Shown here: piece after piece, positions 49,553-58,581 of the stretch
Layout: the number at the start of each line of letters is the position of its first letter
Numbering within the stretch: position 1 is the first letter of the stretch
Source: an uncultured Bacilli bacterium
Lineage (GTDB): Bacteria; Bacillota_I; Bacilli_A; RF39; UBA660
Assembly: GCA_944363735.1 (NCBI GenBank)
Contig: CALVVB010000003.1
Location: 1-63,012, forward strand
DNA: 63,012 bases
Direction of reading: 5' to 3'
Position numbers and translations under genes: made by a program
The notes under the pieces: model-generated
Databases searched by the model: none
What the model saw: the letters and a program-made list of their open reading frames with translations, nothing else
What the model was told of the DNA's origin: nothing

Positions 49553-50905
49553 ATGATTAAAAATGTAGCAATATACTGTCGTGTATCAACTGAAGAGCAA
49601 AAAAAGTTTGGAATATCAGTTGATGATCAAAAAAACAGTTTAACAGAATATTGTAAAAGAAATAAATATAAAATATATGACTATTATATAGATGAAGGAG
49701 TATCTGCTGGAACAATATCCAAAAGAAAAGAATTTGTAAGACTGCTCAAAGACCTTGATAATATAGACTTAATTATTTTTACAAAATTAGATAGATTTTC
49801 AAGAAATGTAAGAGATGCTAATAATCTACTAGTAGAATTAGATAAACATAACACTTCATTTAAAGCTATAGATGAGGACGATATAGACACTTCTACTGCT
49901 GATGGCAGATTTATATTCAACCTCAAAGTAAATCTAGCAGAGCACGAAAGAAATAAGGACTCTGAACGTATTAATAGAGTTAATAATTATAAATATAAAG
50001 TTGCTAAAACTGTATGCAGTGGACAAAAAATCTTTGGATATGATATAGATGAAGGAAAACATTTAGTAGTAAATCTTAAAGAAGCAGAACAACTAAATGA
50101 ATTGTACGATTACTATTTAAAAACATCTAGCTTAGTTAAAAGCTATACATGGTTTAAAAATAATGTAGCAAATAAAAGTTTAGGTACTGTAAGAAATTAT
50201 CTTACTGATAGTAAATATATAGGAAAATTTATAACAACTAAAAATAAAGAAGTATTAGAAGACTTTTGTCCTGCAATAATAGATGAAGATAAATTTTATA
50301 AAGTGCAGAAAGAATTAAAAAGGAATATAAAAACAACTAATTATAAGACAAAAAGGGATTATATCTTTAGCGGATTAATAATATGTAAAGAATGTGGTTT
50401 TAAAATGGCAGGAGGAACTAGAGGGGCTAGATATGACTTTACAAAAATATATAAGTGTAAACATCATTATGTAGATAAAGTCTGTGTTAATACCACTTCA
50501 TTAACCGAAAAATATATTGAAGACTATTTAAAAGAAAATATTTTAAAAATAGCAGAAAATAATATCTTAAAGGCACAAAAAAAGAAGAAAATAACTAGTA
50601 AAAATAAAGCAGCAGAAATAAAAAACAAAATGAATAAACTTGTAGATTTATATCTTAATGATTTAATAGACAAAGATAAATATAATCAGGACTACAATTA
50701 TTTAAAAGAAGAGTTAAAGAAAGAAGAACAAGCGACCAAAGAAGAACAAAATATTAACATAGATAATCTTCAAAAATTTCTAAAAATGGATTTCTTAACC
50801 ATTTATGACACTTTAACAGATGTAGAAAAGCAAAGATTATGGCGAAGCATTATTGATAATATAACAATAGATAATAACAAAAACATAACTATTAATTTTT
50901 TATAG
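49553..50905 (+). CDS. large serine recombinase (prophage integrase)
   Basis: 450 aa. Resolvase catalytic N-terminus IYCRVSTEEQ, recombinase domain, Zn-ribbon CKECGF...CKHH...C and C-terminal coiled coil. Its stop lies at the start of the P arm of attR (17-bp repeat at 50905-50921). Confidence 0.93.
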   Translation: MIKNVAIYCRVSTEEQKKFGISVDDQKNSLTEYCKRNKYKIYDYYIDEGVSAGTISKRKEFVRLLKDLDNIDLIIFTKLDRFSRNVRDANNLLVELDKHNTSFKAIDEDDIDTSTADGRFIFNLKVNLAEHERNKDSERINRVNNYKYKVAKTVCSGQKIFGYDIDEGKHLVVNLKEAEQLNELYDYYLKTSSLVKSYTWFKNNVANKSLGTVRNYLTDSKYIGKFITTKNKEVLEDFCPAIIDEDKFYKVQKELKRNIKTTNYKTKRDYIFSGLIICKECGFKMAGGTRGARYDFTKIYKCKHHYVDKVCVNTTSLTEKYIEDYLKENILKIAENNILKAQKKKKITSKNKAAEIKNKMNKLVDLYLNDLIDKDKYNQDYNYLKEELKKEEQATKEEQNINIDNLQKFLKMDFLTIYDTLTDVEKQRLWRSIIDNITIDNNKNITINFL

Positions 50906-50948
50906 GTACTAACTCACAAAGACCTGGAGGTTTCGCTGGTATAAACAG
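50904..50948. other. attR (P-O-B')
   Basis: Phage arm GGTACTAACTCACAAAG at 50905-50921. Core CCTGGAGG at 50923-50930. Host sequence resumes with TTTCGCTGG. Confidence 0.75.
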
Positions 50949-51168
50949 TCCCCAATTCACATCAGGTTCCACTATCAAAGAAAGAGAACTAGCAGAAAGA
51001 ACTTTAAAAGGAGAATATTACTATCCTGCAACCAATGCATTATGGTTCTATGCACCAGGAAGAAATAGTAATTGTATTAGTACTTGGTATGATCAAGCCT
51101 TAGCAGGAAGATTTAAAAATCATTGTTTCTATGCCCCTGATCCAAATGTATGTCCACCTCTGCATTAA
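50929..51168 (+). pseudogene. cwlJ: 3' part of the cwlJ-type gene (ATG-less; needs prophage excision to be expressed)
   Basis: Open frame GFAGINSPQFTSGSTIKERELAERTLKGEYYYPATNALWFYAPGRNSNCISTWYDQALAGRFKNHCFYAPDPNVCPPLH*. Colinear with the CwlJ C-terminus (WYF.P...CP..WYNQ..VARFKSHCFY.P). Confidence 0.85.
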
Positions 51169-51183
51169 CCCATTAAAAATATA

Positions 51184-51213
51184 TTGTCAAATCATAGTAA
51201 ACTATGCTATAAT
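51184..51213 (+). promoter_or_regulatory. sigma-A-type promoter of tRNA-Trp
   Basis: TTGTCA (51184-89), 18 nt, TGC-TATAAT (extended -10, 51205-13). Lies ~25 nt upstream of the tRNA 5' end. Confidence 0.55.
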
Positions 51214-51237
51214 AAATGTGTTCCAAAAAGAACCCAT

Positions 51238-51311
51238 AGGGGCGTGGTATAATGGTAGCATAGGAGTCTCCAAAACTTTTGATGGGAGTTCGATTCTCTC
51301 CGCCCCTGCCA
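51238..51311 (+). tRNA. trnW: tRNA-Trp (anticodon CCA)
   Basis: 74 nt: AGGGGCGTGGTATAATGGTAGCATAGGAGTCTCCAAAACTTTTGATGGGAGTTCGATTCTCTCCGCCCCTGCCA. 7-bp acceptor stem, T-loop GTTCGATTC, anticodon loop CTCCAAA and encoded CCA. Confidence 0.93.
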
Positions 51312-51322
51312 TTAAGAAACTT

Positions 51323-51351
51323 AAAGACCCTTTGCATAAGAGTCTTTTTTT
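51323..51351 (+). terminator. terminator after tRNA-Trp
   Basis: Stem AAAGAC/GTCTTT followed by a T-run. Confidence 0.5.
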
Positions 51352-51378
51352 ATATTATTATATAAGAAGGTGATACAA

Positions 51379-51921
51379 ATGAGTGAAACTGATAAAAAAA
51401 GTTTAGAAAATGCCAAGAAATTATTTTCAAGTGGAGACATTAACAATATTGAAATAGGTACTGTTAAAGGATTACAACAAATTCATAAATATCTATTTGA
51501 AGGTTTATATGACTTTGCAGGTATCATCAGAAAAGAAAACATTTCTAAAGGAAATTTTAGATTTGCTAACACTCTATATTTAGAAGATATATTAAAAAAA
51601 ATAGAAACAATGAAAGAATCTACATTAGATGAAATAATTGATAAATATGTAGAAATGAATATCGCTCATCCTTTCTTAGAAGGAAATGGTAGAAGCACAA
51701 GAATTTGGTTAGATTTAATACTAAAGAAAAATCTAAATAAAATTGTTAACTGGGAAAACATTGATAAAAGATTATATTTACAAGCAATGGAACGAAGTCC
51801 AATTAATACTTTAGAAATTAAAACTTTAATCGAAAATAATCTAACAGATGATTTAAGCTTAACTACAATTTTTAAAGGTATAGAAACTTCATATTATTAT
51901 GAAACAGATGAATATTATTAA
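51379..51921 (+). CDS. Fic-family protein (AMPylase-type)
   Basis: 180 aa from MSETDKK (RBS AAGGTGA). Canonical Fic motif [12 protein letters not shown]. The C-terminal ETSYYYET resembles an inhibitory SxxxE helix. Confidence 0.88.
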   Translation: MSETDKKSLENAKKLFSSGDINNIEIGTVKGLQQIHKYLFEGLYDFAGIIRKENISKGNFRFANTLYLEDILKKIETMKESTLDEIIDKYVEMNIAHPFLEGNGRSTRIWLDLILKKNLNKIVNWENIDKRLYLQAMERSPINTLEIKTLIENNLTDDLSLTTIFKGIETSYYYETDEYY

Positions 51922-51951
51922 TATTCAAATTAAGCAAGGGGGAATTTTATT

Positions 51952-52254
51952 ATGATAGGAGAAGTAGTAAGGGTTACTAGAATAGCAAATGATTTCACTA
52001 CTAAAGACTTATCTGAAAAATCACAAGTATCAAAATCATACATTAATGAAATAGAAAAAGAAAAGAAAACACCATCTAATGATATATTAAATAAACTAAG
52101 TGAAGGATTTAATTTAGATATTGAAGATTTACTTTTATTAGATGAATATCACAACTCTCTTATTGGTAAAAAAGAAAAATTAGAAATATATAGAATGCTT
52201 CTTTTAAAAACATTAGAAACTTATGAAGAAAAAGAAGTAAAAAAATGCAAATAA
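51952..52254 (+). CDS. XRE-family HTH protein
   Basis: 100 aa. HTH TTKDLSEKSQVSKSYINEIEKE. Starts 31 nt downstream of the Fic gene. Confidence 0.8.
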   Translation: MIGEVVRVTRIANDFTTKDLSEKSQVSKSYINEIEKEKKTPSNDILNKLSEGFNLDIEDLLLLDEYHNSLIGKKEKLEIYRMLLLKTLETYEEKEVKKCK

Positions 52255-52282
52255 AAACATCTTTACATAATTGATGTTTTTT
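52254..52282. terminator. bidirectional terminator between convergent genes
   Basis: Stem AAAACATC/GATGTTTT with flanking A/T runs. Confidence 0.6.
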
Positions 52283-52299
52283 ATTTTACAAGCTCTAAC

Positions 52300-52947
52300 T
52301 TACTTTTTTAACGTATATGTAAATGTTTTATCTTCTGAGATTTCAGGAACAAAACGATGTCTTAACGGTCCAAATGCTAAACGAGAAAATGCATTCCCAC
52401 TAGCACCTGTATCAATCATCATTCTAAGCTCTGCTATCTTATCATTATTCTTTTTAGCATTGTCTAATATTAATAAACATTCACAGTCTAAAAAATTATC
52501 TGGATCAAAAAGCTCTTTCATTTCTAAAAGTGATAATTCCATTACTTTACTAGATAATACCTCTATATTAGTATTTTCATAAGAATAAAATCTGTCTATA
52601 ACATTACAAGAATTATCACCAAAAACTAAAAATTCATCATCTATACTTTTTTCAGGCATATCAGGAATATCAAGATTATTATCAGGATTCGTAATAGAAA
52701 AAGCAGTATGTCTTACTGCAAAAAAGTTTATATCAGTAATACCTATTTCAACAATATCACTTAACAAAGGCCCATCAGATAAACGATATTCAATCTTATA
52801 ATAATGTTCATTATCCTTTAAATAGCATAATCTCTTATTTTGAAAAATAATCTCCGGATTAAGTCTTTCTATCTCTTGTAAATATGATACCAAAGGTTCA
52901 AAAAATAATAATTCCTGTCGATTTTGTAATAAAGATATTAAATTCAT
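52300..52947 (-). CDS. hypothetical protein, no recognisable domain
   Basis: 215-aa ORF, acidic, with no TM helix. Confidence 0.55.
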   Translation of the reverse strand: MNLISLLQNRQELLFFEPLVSYLQEIERLNPEIIFQNKRLCYLKDNEHYYKIEYRLSDGPLLSDIVEIGITDINFFAVRHTAFSITNPDNNLDIPDMPEKSIDDEFLVFGDNSCNVIDRFYSYENTNIEVLSSKVMELSLLEMKELFDPDNFLDCECLLILDNAKKNNDKIAELRMMIDTGASGNAFSRLAFGPLRHRFVPEISEDKTFTYTLKK

Positions 52948-53151
52948 ATATTTTCATCCTCTCTGATTTTTCTTTAACTATTTATGTACCAATCTGTTTT
53001 CAATGAAAAAATTATATCATATACTAAATTACTTTTCAAATCAGCATAATAAAAATATAATTGATATTTTTTACAACAACTTAACACAAAATAATGTCAA
53101 CTAACTTACATTTCTATTGTCAAAAAACTACAATTAAGGTGGAGGTAGAAA

Positions 53152-54117
53152 ATGGAAGCAAAAGATATTAAGAAAGTTGCCTGTGTTGGTGCAGGTGTAA
53201 TTGGTTATAGTTGGGCTTTATATTATTCTCTAAAAAAATTATCAGTAAATGTTTATGACATAACTGATGAAGCTTTAAATCTTGCCAAAGAAAGAATTCA
53301 CGAAAGTCTACTTAACTTAAAGAAAAATAATGTTGTAACAGAAGAAGAAATTAACGAAATTGAAAGTAGAATTAATTACACTACTTCAATGGAAGAAGCA
53401 GTTAAAGATGTAAAATTTATTACTGAATCTGGTCCTGAAAGTTATGATATTAAAAGAAAAATGGTTGAAGAAATGGAAAAATATACTAAAGAAGACACAA
53501 TCATCTCATCATCCACATCAGGACTACTAATTACAGAAATAGCAAAAGATGCTAAACACAAAGAAAGATTCATAGGAGCACATCCTTATAATCCACCACA
53601 TTTAATACCATTAGTAGAACTTACTAAAGGAGATTATACAACTGATGAAGTCATAAACACTGCTAAAGAATTCTATCAATTAATTGGTAAAGAACCTGTA
53701 GTATTACAAAAAGAAGCTTTAGGATTTATCTGTAATCGTATTCAAATGGCTGTTTATAGAGAAGTATGTAATCTTGTAATGAATGGTGTATGTACTATAG
53801 AAGATGCTGATAAAGCCGTTACTTATGGTCCAGGATTAAGATGGGCTATTATGGGACCTAGTCTAGTCTTTGAATTAGGTGGTGGTAAAGGTCATATAGA
53901 TGGACTTATGAAACACTTAAACCCATCTATTAGTCTATGGCTACACGATATGGCAGACTTTAAAGACTTTCCAGAAGAGTTTGGAGAAATAGCAAGAAAA
54001 GGTGTAGAAGAAGCCTTAAAAAATAGACCTAAAGAAATAGGTAATGATGATGAATCACTTGCCGAATATCGTGATAAAATGCTAATAGAAATATTAAAAT
54101 TACATAATAAATTATAA
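53152..54117 (+). CDS. 3-hydroxyacyl-CoA dehydrogenase-family NAD(+) oxidoreductase (carnitine/gulonate dehydrogenase-like)
   Basis: 321 aa. Rossmann motif VACVGAGVIGYSWA, the ...HPYNPPHLIPLVE block and a C-terminal dimerisation domain. Confidence 0.78.
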   Translation: MEAKDIKKVACVGAGVIGYSWALYYSLKKLSVNVYDITDEALNLAKERIHESLLNLKKNNVVTEEEINEIESRINYTTSMEEAVKDVKFITESGPESYDIKRKMVEEMEKYTKEDTIISSSTSGLLITEIAKDAKHKERFIGAHPYNPPHLIPLVELTKGDYTTDEVINTAKEFYQLIGKEPVVLQKEALGFICNRIQMAVYREVCNLVMNGVCTIEDADKAVTYGPGLRWAIMGPSLVFELGGGKGHIDGLMKHLNPSISLWLHDMADFKDFPEEFGEIARKGVEEALKNRPKEIGNDDESLAEYRDKMLIEILKLHNKL

Positions 54118-54199
54118 AACTAGAAAGTGTTACTAAAAGTAATGCTTTTTTTATGTAGTTATTATATAATAATTATATATATTTTTTAGGAGGTTCCAA

Positions 54200-55285
54200 A
54201 TGCAACATAATTTTGATAAAGAAATAGAGCTTTTTATGACATTCGACATTCTAGGAGACACTCTAAGAACTGGTCCCCTACTTTGGTATATTGATAGAAA
54301 AAAACTAGAAGATATTAAAGATCATGCTATGGATTTAATATTTATTTTTGAAAGATTAGAAAAGCATTTTCCTATTAATCTAGATAAAGATAAAGTATTA
54401 AACTATTGTATATATCATGATTTACCTGAAGCACTTACTGGTGACATAACAAAATTTCAAGGAGTATCTAGCGAAGAGAGAAAAAGAGTAAAAAACCTTG
54501 CCGAAAAATACTTAATAAAAAAATTTAAAGATATTATAGACTTTAAAACTATATTTCATAATTATAACAATAGAACCGATATAGAATCTAAAATTATTCA
54601 TATGATAGATAAAGTACATTCTTCTACTACCTTTATTAAATATCAGAGTGAAAAACCTGTTAATATGAATGACTCTAGAATTATTAAAGATTTAAGAAAC
54701 AACCCATTTGTTGTAGAAAAAATTAATGAAGGAAAAGATTTAGCAGATATTTTCTTTGAATTTCACCTTATGGCAGTAAATATTACTGATGAAGAATGTG
54801 AAAAGTATCACATTACAAGAAATGAAGCTGACACTATTGTTGATGCCATAAAATCTTTCGCTACAACAATGTATAACCAAAAAATTAATAATACTTTACT
54901 AAACTTTGACAAAGATTTTCCTGAAGAGACTCTTAAATATAACAATAAATACAATAAAGATAACTATCACAAATTAGTACGCGATAACATTCCAAATATC
55001 ATTAAAAGAAACGGAGAAGAACCAATATATCATACTTTAAATGATGAAGAATACTGGGATGCTTTATTAAAAAAGGATACAGAAGAATTAGAGGAAGCAA
55101 AAAATGCAGAAAGTAAAGATGAAATATTAAAAGAACTAGGAGATAAACTAGAAATTTTAAGAGCAATGGCCGAATATCTTGGCTTTACATTAGAAGATGT
55201 TATAAAACAAGCAAATAAAAAAAGACAAACAAATGGAGGATTTCAAAAGAAATTATTTTTAGAAACAGTAAAAAAAGACTATTAA
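54200..55285 (+). CDS. fusion protein: YfbR-like HD-domain 5'-nucleotidase plus MazG-like NTP pyrophosphohydrolase
   Basis: 361 aa. N-terminal half has H...HDLPEALTGD (HD_3 type). The C-terminal ~100 aa, YHKLVRDNIPNIIKRNGE...ELGDKLEILRAM...KRQTNGGF, matches small MazG-like pyrophosphatases. Confidence 0.7.
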   Translation: MQHNFDKEIELFMTFDILGDTLRTGPLLWYIDRKKLEDIKDHAMDLIFIFERLEKHFPINLDKDKVLNYCIYHDLPEALTGDITKFQGVSSEERKRVKNLAEKYLIKKFKDIIDFKTIFHNYNNRTDIESKIIHMIDKVHSSTTFIKYQSEKPVNMNDSRIIKDLRNNPFVVEKINEGKDLADIFFEFHLMAVNITDEECEKYHITRNEADTIVDAIKSFATTMYNQKINNTLLNFDKDFPEETLKYNNKYNKDNYHKLVRDNIPNIIKRNGEEPIYHTLNDEEYWDALLKKDTEELEEAKNAESKDEILKELGDKLEILRAMAEYLGFTLEDVIKQANKKRQTNGGFQKKLFLETVKKDY

Positions 55286-55318
55286 ATTCATAAACAATAG
55301 TCCTTTTTTTATTATAAA

Positions 55319-56224
55319 CTACTTTTTGTTTAGTTTATAAACATATGATTCTGGCTTTTTTTCAAAACATCCATCTTTCAAGTAATAATGATCAAATTCT
55401 AAATGTACAGAATTTCTCCCATTATATGGATACATAACTATAAATCCAGGCTCTCCTCCTTCTTCTCCTTTATGATTCAAAAAACCACCTAGTGTAGGTA
55501 TATATATATCATAATCATTAAACTTTGCTGTATGAGAATGACCGTGTATTGTTAAACTATGAGGAATTAAATTTCTACACTCTATACGAAAAGGTCTACT
55601 TTCATGTTCTAAAGAAATAGGACAACCAAATACTGAAAAAAACGCTTGGCAATACCCCAACGGCAAAACATTTTTCTTATCCGCTAATTCTCTTAAAATA
55701 TCTATATTATAAGATAAATACATTTTATCATGATTACCACCTAATACCAAGTGATGTACCTCAGGACTAACCAAATAATTCTTTAAAATATTATTTATTT
55801 GTTCTCTTGTATTTTCATAACTACCTCTACCAAAATCTATAAATTGCTTTACTCCATTCACCTCAATTGTACCATCACCTATATCGCCTCCATGAACCAA
55901 ATAACGAATTTTATTATATTTACAAAAATCTAAAACATAATAAAGAAAATCCCATCTATTCATATCTTGTCTATCCAAAGAAGAGTAATCATAATGAGTA
56001 TCCGAAATAAACATAATTGGATCATAATTAATATCAAACATACAACCTTCAACACGGTAAATTCCTTTTAAAATCTCTTTCTCTTGCATTTTTATAGAAG
56101 AATCTGAAACAAATATATTATTTCGCATCAAATCCAAAAGTTCATATTTATATAATTTATTTTTTATCATAGTTTTATAGAAATCATTTGTATCTAATAA
56201 CTCTCTAATTATCTCTTCATCCAT
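55319..56224 (-). CDS. calcineurin-like metallophosphoesterase
   Basis: 301 aa. Motifs SDTHYD, GGDIGD, GGNHD and HGHSH. Confidence 0.8.
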   Translation of the reverse strand: MDEEIIRELLDTNDFYKTMIKNKLYKYELLDLMRNNIFVSDSSIKMQEKEILKGIYRVEGCMFDINYDPIMFISDTHYDYSSLDRQDMNRWDFLYYVLDFCKYNKIRYLVHGGDIGDGTIEVNGVKQFIDFGRGSYENTREQINNILKNYLVSPEVHHLVLGGNHDKMYLSYNIDILRELADKKNVLPLGYCQAFFSVFGCPISLEHESRPFRIECRNLIPHSLTIHGHSHTAKFNDYDIYIPTLGGFLNHKGEEGGEPGFIVMYPYNGRNSVHLEFDHYYLKDGCFEKKPESYVYKLNKK

Positions 56225-56303
56225 ATTTCTTCCCCCTTTAACACATTAAAAATTTACATATATATTACTAAACTTCTCGCTAAAAATAAAGTGTTTTTAT
56301 AAT

Positions 56304-58034
56304 TTATGAATTAGATTCTGCAGTATATAAATTTTGATATTGTTTACAACTCTTTAACAACTCTTTATGAGTACCACTACCAACTAACTTACCTTTCTCA
56401 ATTATATGAATAGTATCAGCATCAACAATAGTAGATAATCTATGCGCAACTATGATTACAGTATGATCTTTTACTAAATCATCAATAGTCTTCTTAATAT
56501 ATTCTTGAGACTCATTATCAAGTGCACTAGTCGCTTCATCAAAAAGGATTATCTTAGTATTTAAAAGAAGTGTTCTAGCAATAGCAAGTCTTTGTTTTTG
56601 CCCTCCTGATAAATTAATACCACCTTCTCCAATAATAGTATCATATCCGTTAGGAAGACTCATAATATAATCGTCTATATAAGCTCTTTTACAGTACTCT
56701 CTTACTTCCTCTAAACTAACTCCTTCTTTAACTAATCTAAAATTTTCAAGTATTGATAAATTAAATAGAAAAGGACTCTGTCTAATAATAGAAATATTAT
56801 TTCTTAAAGACTCTTCAGTTAAATCTTTAATATTAATACCATCTATAGTAATATAACCTTTACTAGCATCAAAATATCTAAGTAACAAGTTAAATATTGT
56901 ACTCTTACCATTACCACTACGTCCAACAATAGCAATCTTTTTATTAGGAACAATCTCTAAATTAAGACCATTTAAAGTATAATCTTCGTCTTCTTTATAT
57001 TTAAACTTAACATTATTAAATTTAATAATTCCTTTAGTATTCACTAACTCTTTAGAACCATATACTTCATCTTTATATAAATCATTATTTAATAATTCCC
57101 CTATTCTTTTTAAAGAAACAGTTACTTTATTAAAACTCACACCGAAGTCACTAATGCTCTCAACTACTTCATCAATTCTCCATATATAAGACTCCATCAT
57201 CAAAAATACCGAAAGACTAATAACACCATCTAAATAACATTTACCAGTTGTAAAAAGAATTAAAAACTGAATTAAGAAATAAGCAAGATTATTAAAAGCA
57301 TAATACCATCTCTCATACTTTCTAACCTTAGCCGTATGAGTATAAAGTTTATCTATAACTTTAGAAATATTATACTCAATTATTTTAGTAATTCCTAATG
57401 ACTTAATTTCTCTAATACCTGTAATATTTTCAGTCGCTACTTTTACATAAGAATCACTTTCTTTTTTAATATTCTCTTGACTCTTCTTAATTCTAGGAAA
57501 AAACTTCATTGAAATAAAACCCATAATAATAGCAAGTAACATAATCTCTAAGAACAAAACAAGAGATATTCTAATTGCAATAACAATAACTATAATTACA
57601 ACAACTGCTTTACAAATAAGTCTAACCATTTTAGATAACAATTCCATAACTCTATCAGGATCAGTATAAAGCCTATTTATAAATTCACCTACACCTATCT
57701 CTTCAAATGCAATAGCAGGTAATTTATCTATCTTTTTATATAGGTCTTTACTCACATTTTTTGTAAATTTAATCTCAAAATATGTGTATAAAGCATCTCT
57801 TGGTATCTGTAAAAAAGTGTAGAATACAATGTAAATACCTTCATATAGTGCTAAATAAAACACAAACAAATTTAAATCTTTAGCAGTTAAAGCTTCAACA
57901 GCAACACCCCAAAAATATACAGATACCAAAGCAGGTAAATAAGATAATGCTACTAAACTAATATAAAGAACAAGTTTTAACTTATCATCTTTGATATATT
58001 TCCAAAATATTTTAAAATGTTTTAATTTCTTCAT
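56304..58034 (-). CDS. ABC exporter, fused permease-ATPase (MsbA/type I exporter-like)
   Basis: 576 aa. 6-TM domain, Walker A GRSGNGKST, signature LSGGQKQR and Walker B ILFDEATSALD. Confidence 0.9.
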   Translation of the reverse strand: MKKLKHFKIFWKYIKDDKLKLVLYISLVALSYLPALVSVYFWGVAVEALTAKDLNLFVFYLALYEGIYIVFYTFLQIPRDALYTYFEIKFTKNVSKDLYKKIDKLPAIAFEEIGVGEFINRLYTDPDRVMELLSKMVRLICKAVVVIIVIVIAIRISLVLFLEIMLLAIIMGFISMKFFPRIKKSQENIKKESDSYVKVATENITGIREIKSLGITKIIEYNISKVIDKLYTHTAKVRKYERWYYAFNNLAYFLIQFLILFTTGKCYLDGVISLSVFLMMESYIWRIDEVVESISDFGVSFNKVTVSLKRIGELLNNDLYKDEVYGSKELVNTKGIIKFNNVKFKYKEDEDYTLNGLNLEIVPNKKIAIVGRSGNGKSTIFNLLLRYFDASKGYITIDGINIKDLTEESLRNNISIIRQSPFLFNLSILENFRLVKEGVSLEEVREYCKRAYIDDYIMSLPNGYDTIIGEGGINLSGGQKQRLAIARTLLLNTKIILFDEATSALDNESQEYIKKTIDDLVKDHTVIIVAHRLSTIVDADTIHIIEKGKLVGSGTHKELLKSCKQYQNLYTAESNS

Positions 58035-58054
58035 ACAACAACACTTCCTTAAAA

Positions 58055-58074
58055 AAACTACTGTACAGTAGTTT
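58055..58074 (-). terminator. perfect 20-bp palindrome AAACTACTGTACAGTAGTTT (terminator/attenuator-like) just upstream of the ABC exporter RBS
   Basis: On the minus strand the hairpin is followed by TTTT, then AAGGAAG and ATG 21 nt downstream. Confidence 0.5.
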
Positions 58075-58545
58075 CTAAAAATATAAAAAGGATAGGATAT
58101 CTTTTAAACTACTATAAAAACATGTAATAAATAATTTTGATTTAAACACGCAACAAAAAAATTTAATATCAATCACTCATCCTTACAAGTCAAATAATAA
58201 TATCATATAGATAAATACTTGTCAAACTAATAAAGTTAACTATTTACAATCAAAAAGATAAAATAAAATGGATTGTGATTCATATCTACAATTTTTTTAT
58301 TTCTATAAGCAAAGCCTAATAAAACTACAATAAAAATTCTCAATATCATAATATATAAATATATTACCAGCTGGAGGTGGACTTTCTGTATTTATCTTTA
58401 ATTCCGTCTATATATATATCTTTATAAGTTGCAGTTATTATCATTCTCTTCTCATTTGTAACTATAAATTCATTATTATTTACATCTACTACTTTTAATA
58501 TATTTACTTTATAGCCATTATCTTGAAACATCTTTTTTTTCAGTT

Positions 58546-58581
58546 AAAAAATAGAACTTATTATTTTAAAGTTCTATTTTT
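58546..58581 (-). terminator. Rho-independent terminator after 58590-58931
   Basis: 13-14 bp AT-rich stem AAAAAATAGAACTT/AAGTTCTATTTTTT. Confidence 0.6.

Larger units (their letters stand above)
20627..50927. mobile_element. ~30.3 kb siphovirus-type temperate prophage integrated in the cwlJ-type gene
   Basis: Contiguous lysis, tail, head, packaging, early, replication, lysogeny and large-serine-recombinase modules. Bounded by att cores at 20622-29 and 50923-30. Confidence 0.9.

Noticed and set aside
48491-50910. The 10-mer TATAGGTACT is shared between copy 1 of the 26-bp repeat (48491-48500) and the P arm of attR (50901-50910). This suggested a possible extra recombinase site.
   Set aside because: Only 10 bp match. 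Copy 2 of the repeat has G instead of A in this stretch, and no dyad partner or core-like sequence follows. It is most simply explained by chance.
51131-51373. 80-aa plus-strand ORF spanning the end of the cwlJ fragment and the tRNA.
   Set aside because: It reads straight through tRNA-Trp (51238-51311) and its promoter and terminator, so it is an artefact of the ORF caller.
58364-58531. 55-aa minus-strand ORF (MFQDNGYKVNILKVVDVNNNEFIVTNEKRMIITATYKDIYIDGIKDKYRKSTSSW), as a possible bacteriocin or small-protein gene upstream of the ABC exporter.
   Set aside because: It has no Shine-Dalgarno sequence, no double-glycine or lanthipeptide-type leader, and the exporter lacks a peptidase domain. It is mentioned only within the finding on the 58035-58589 gap.
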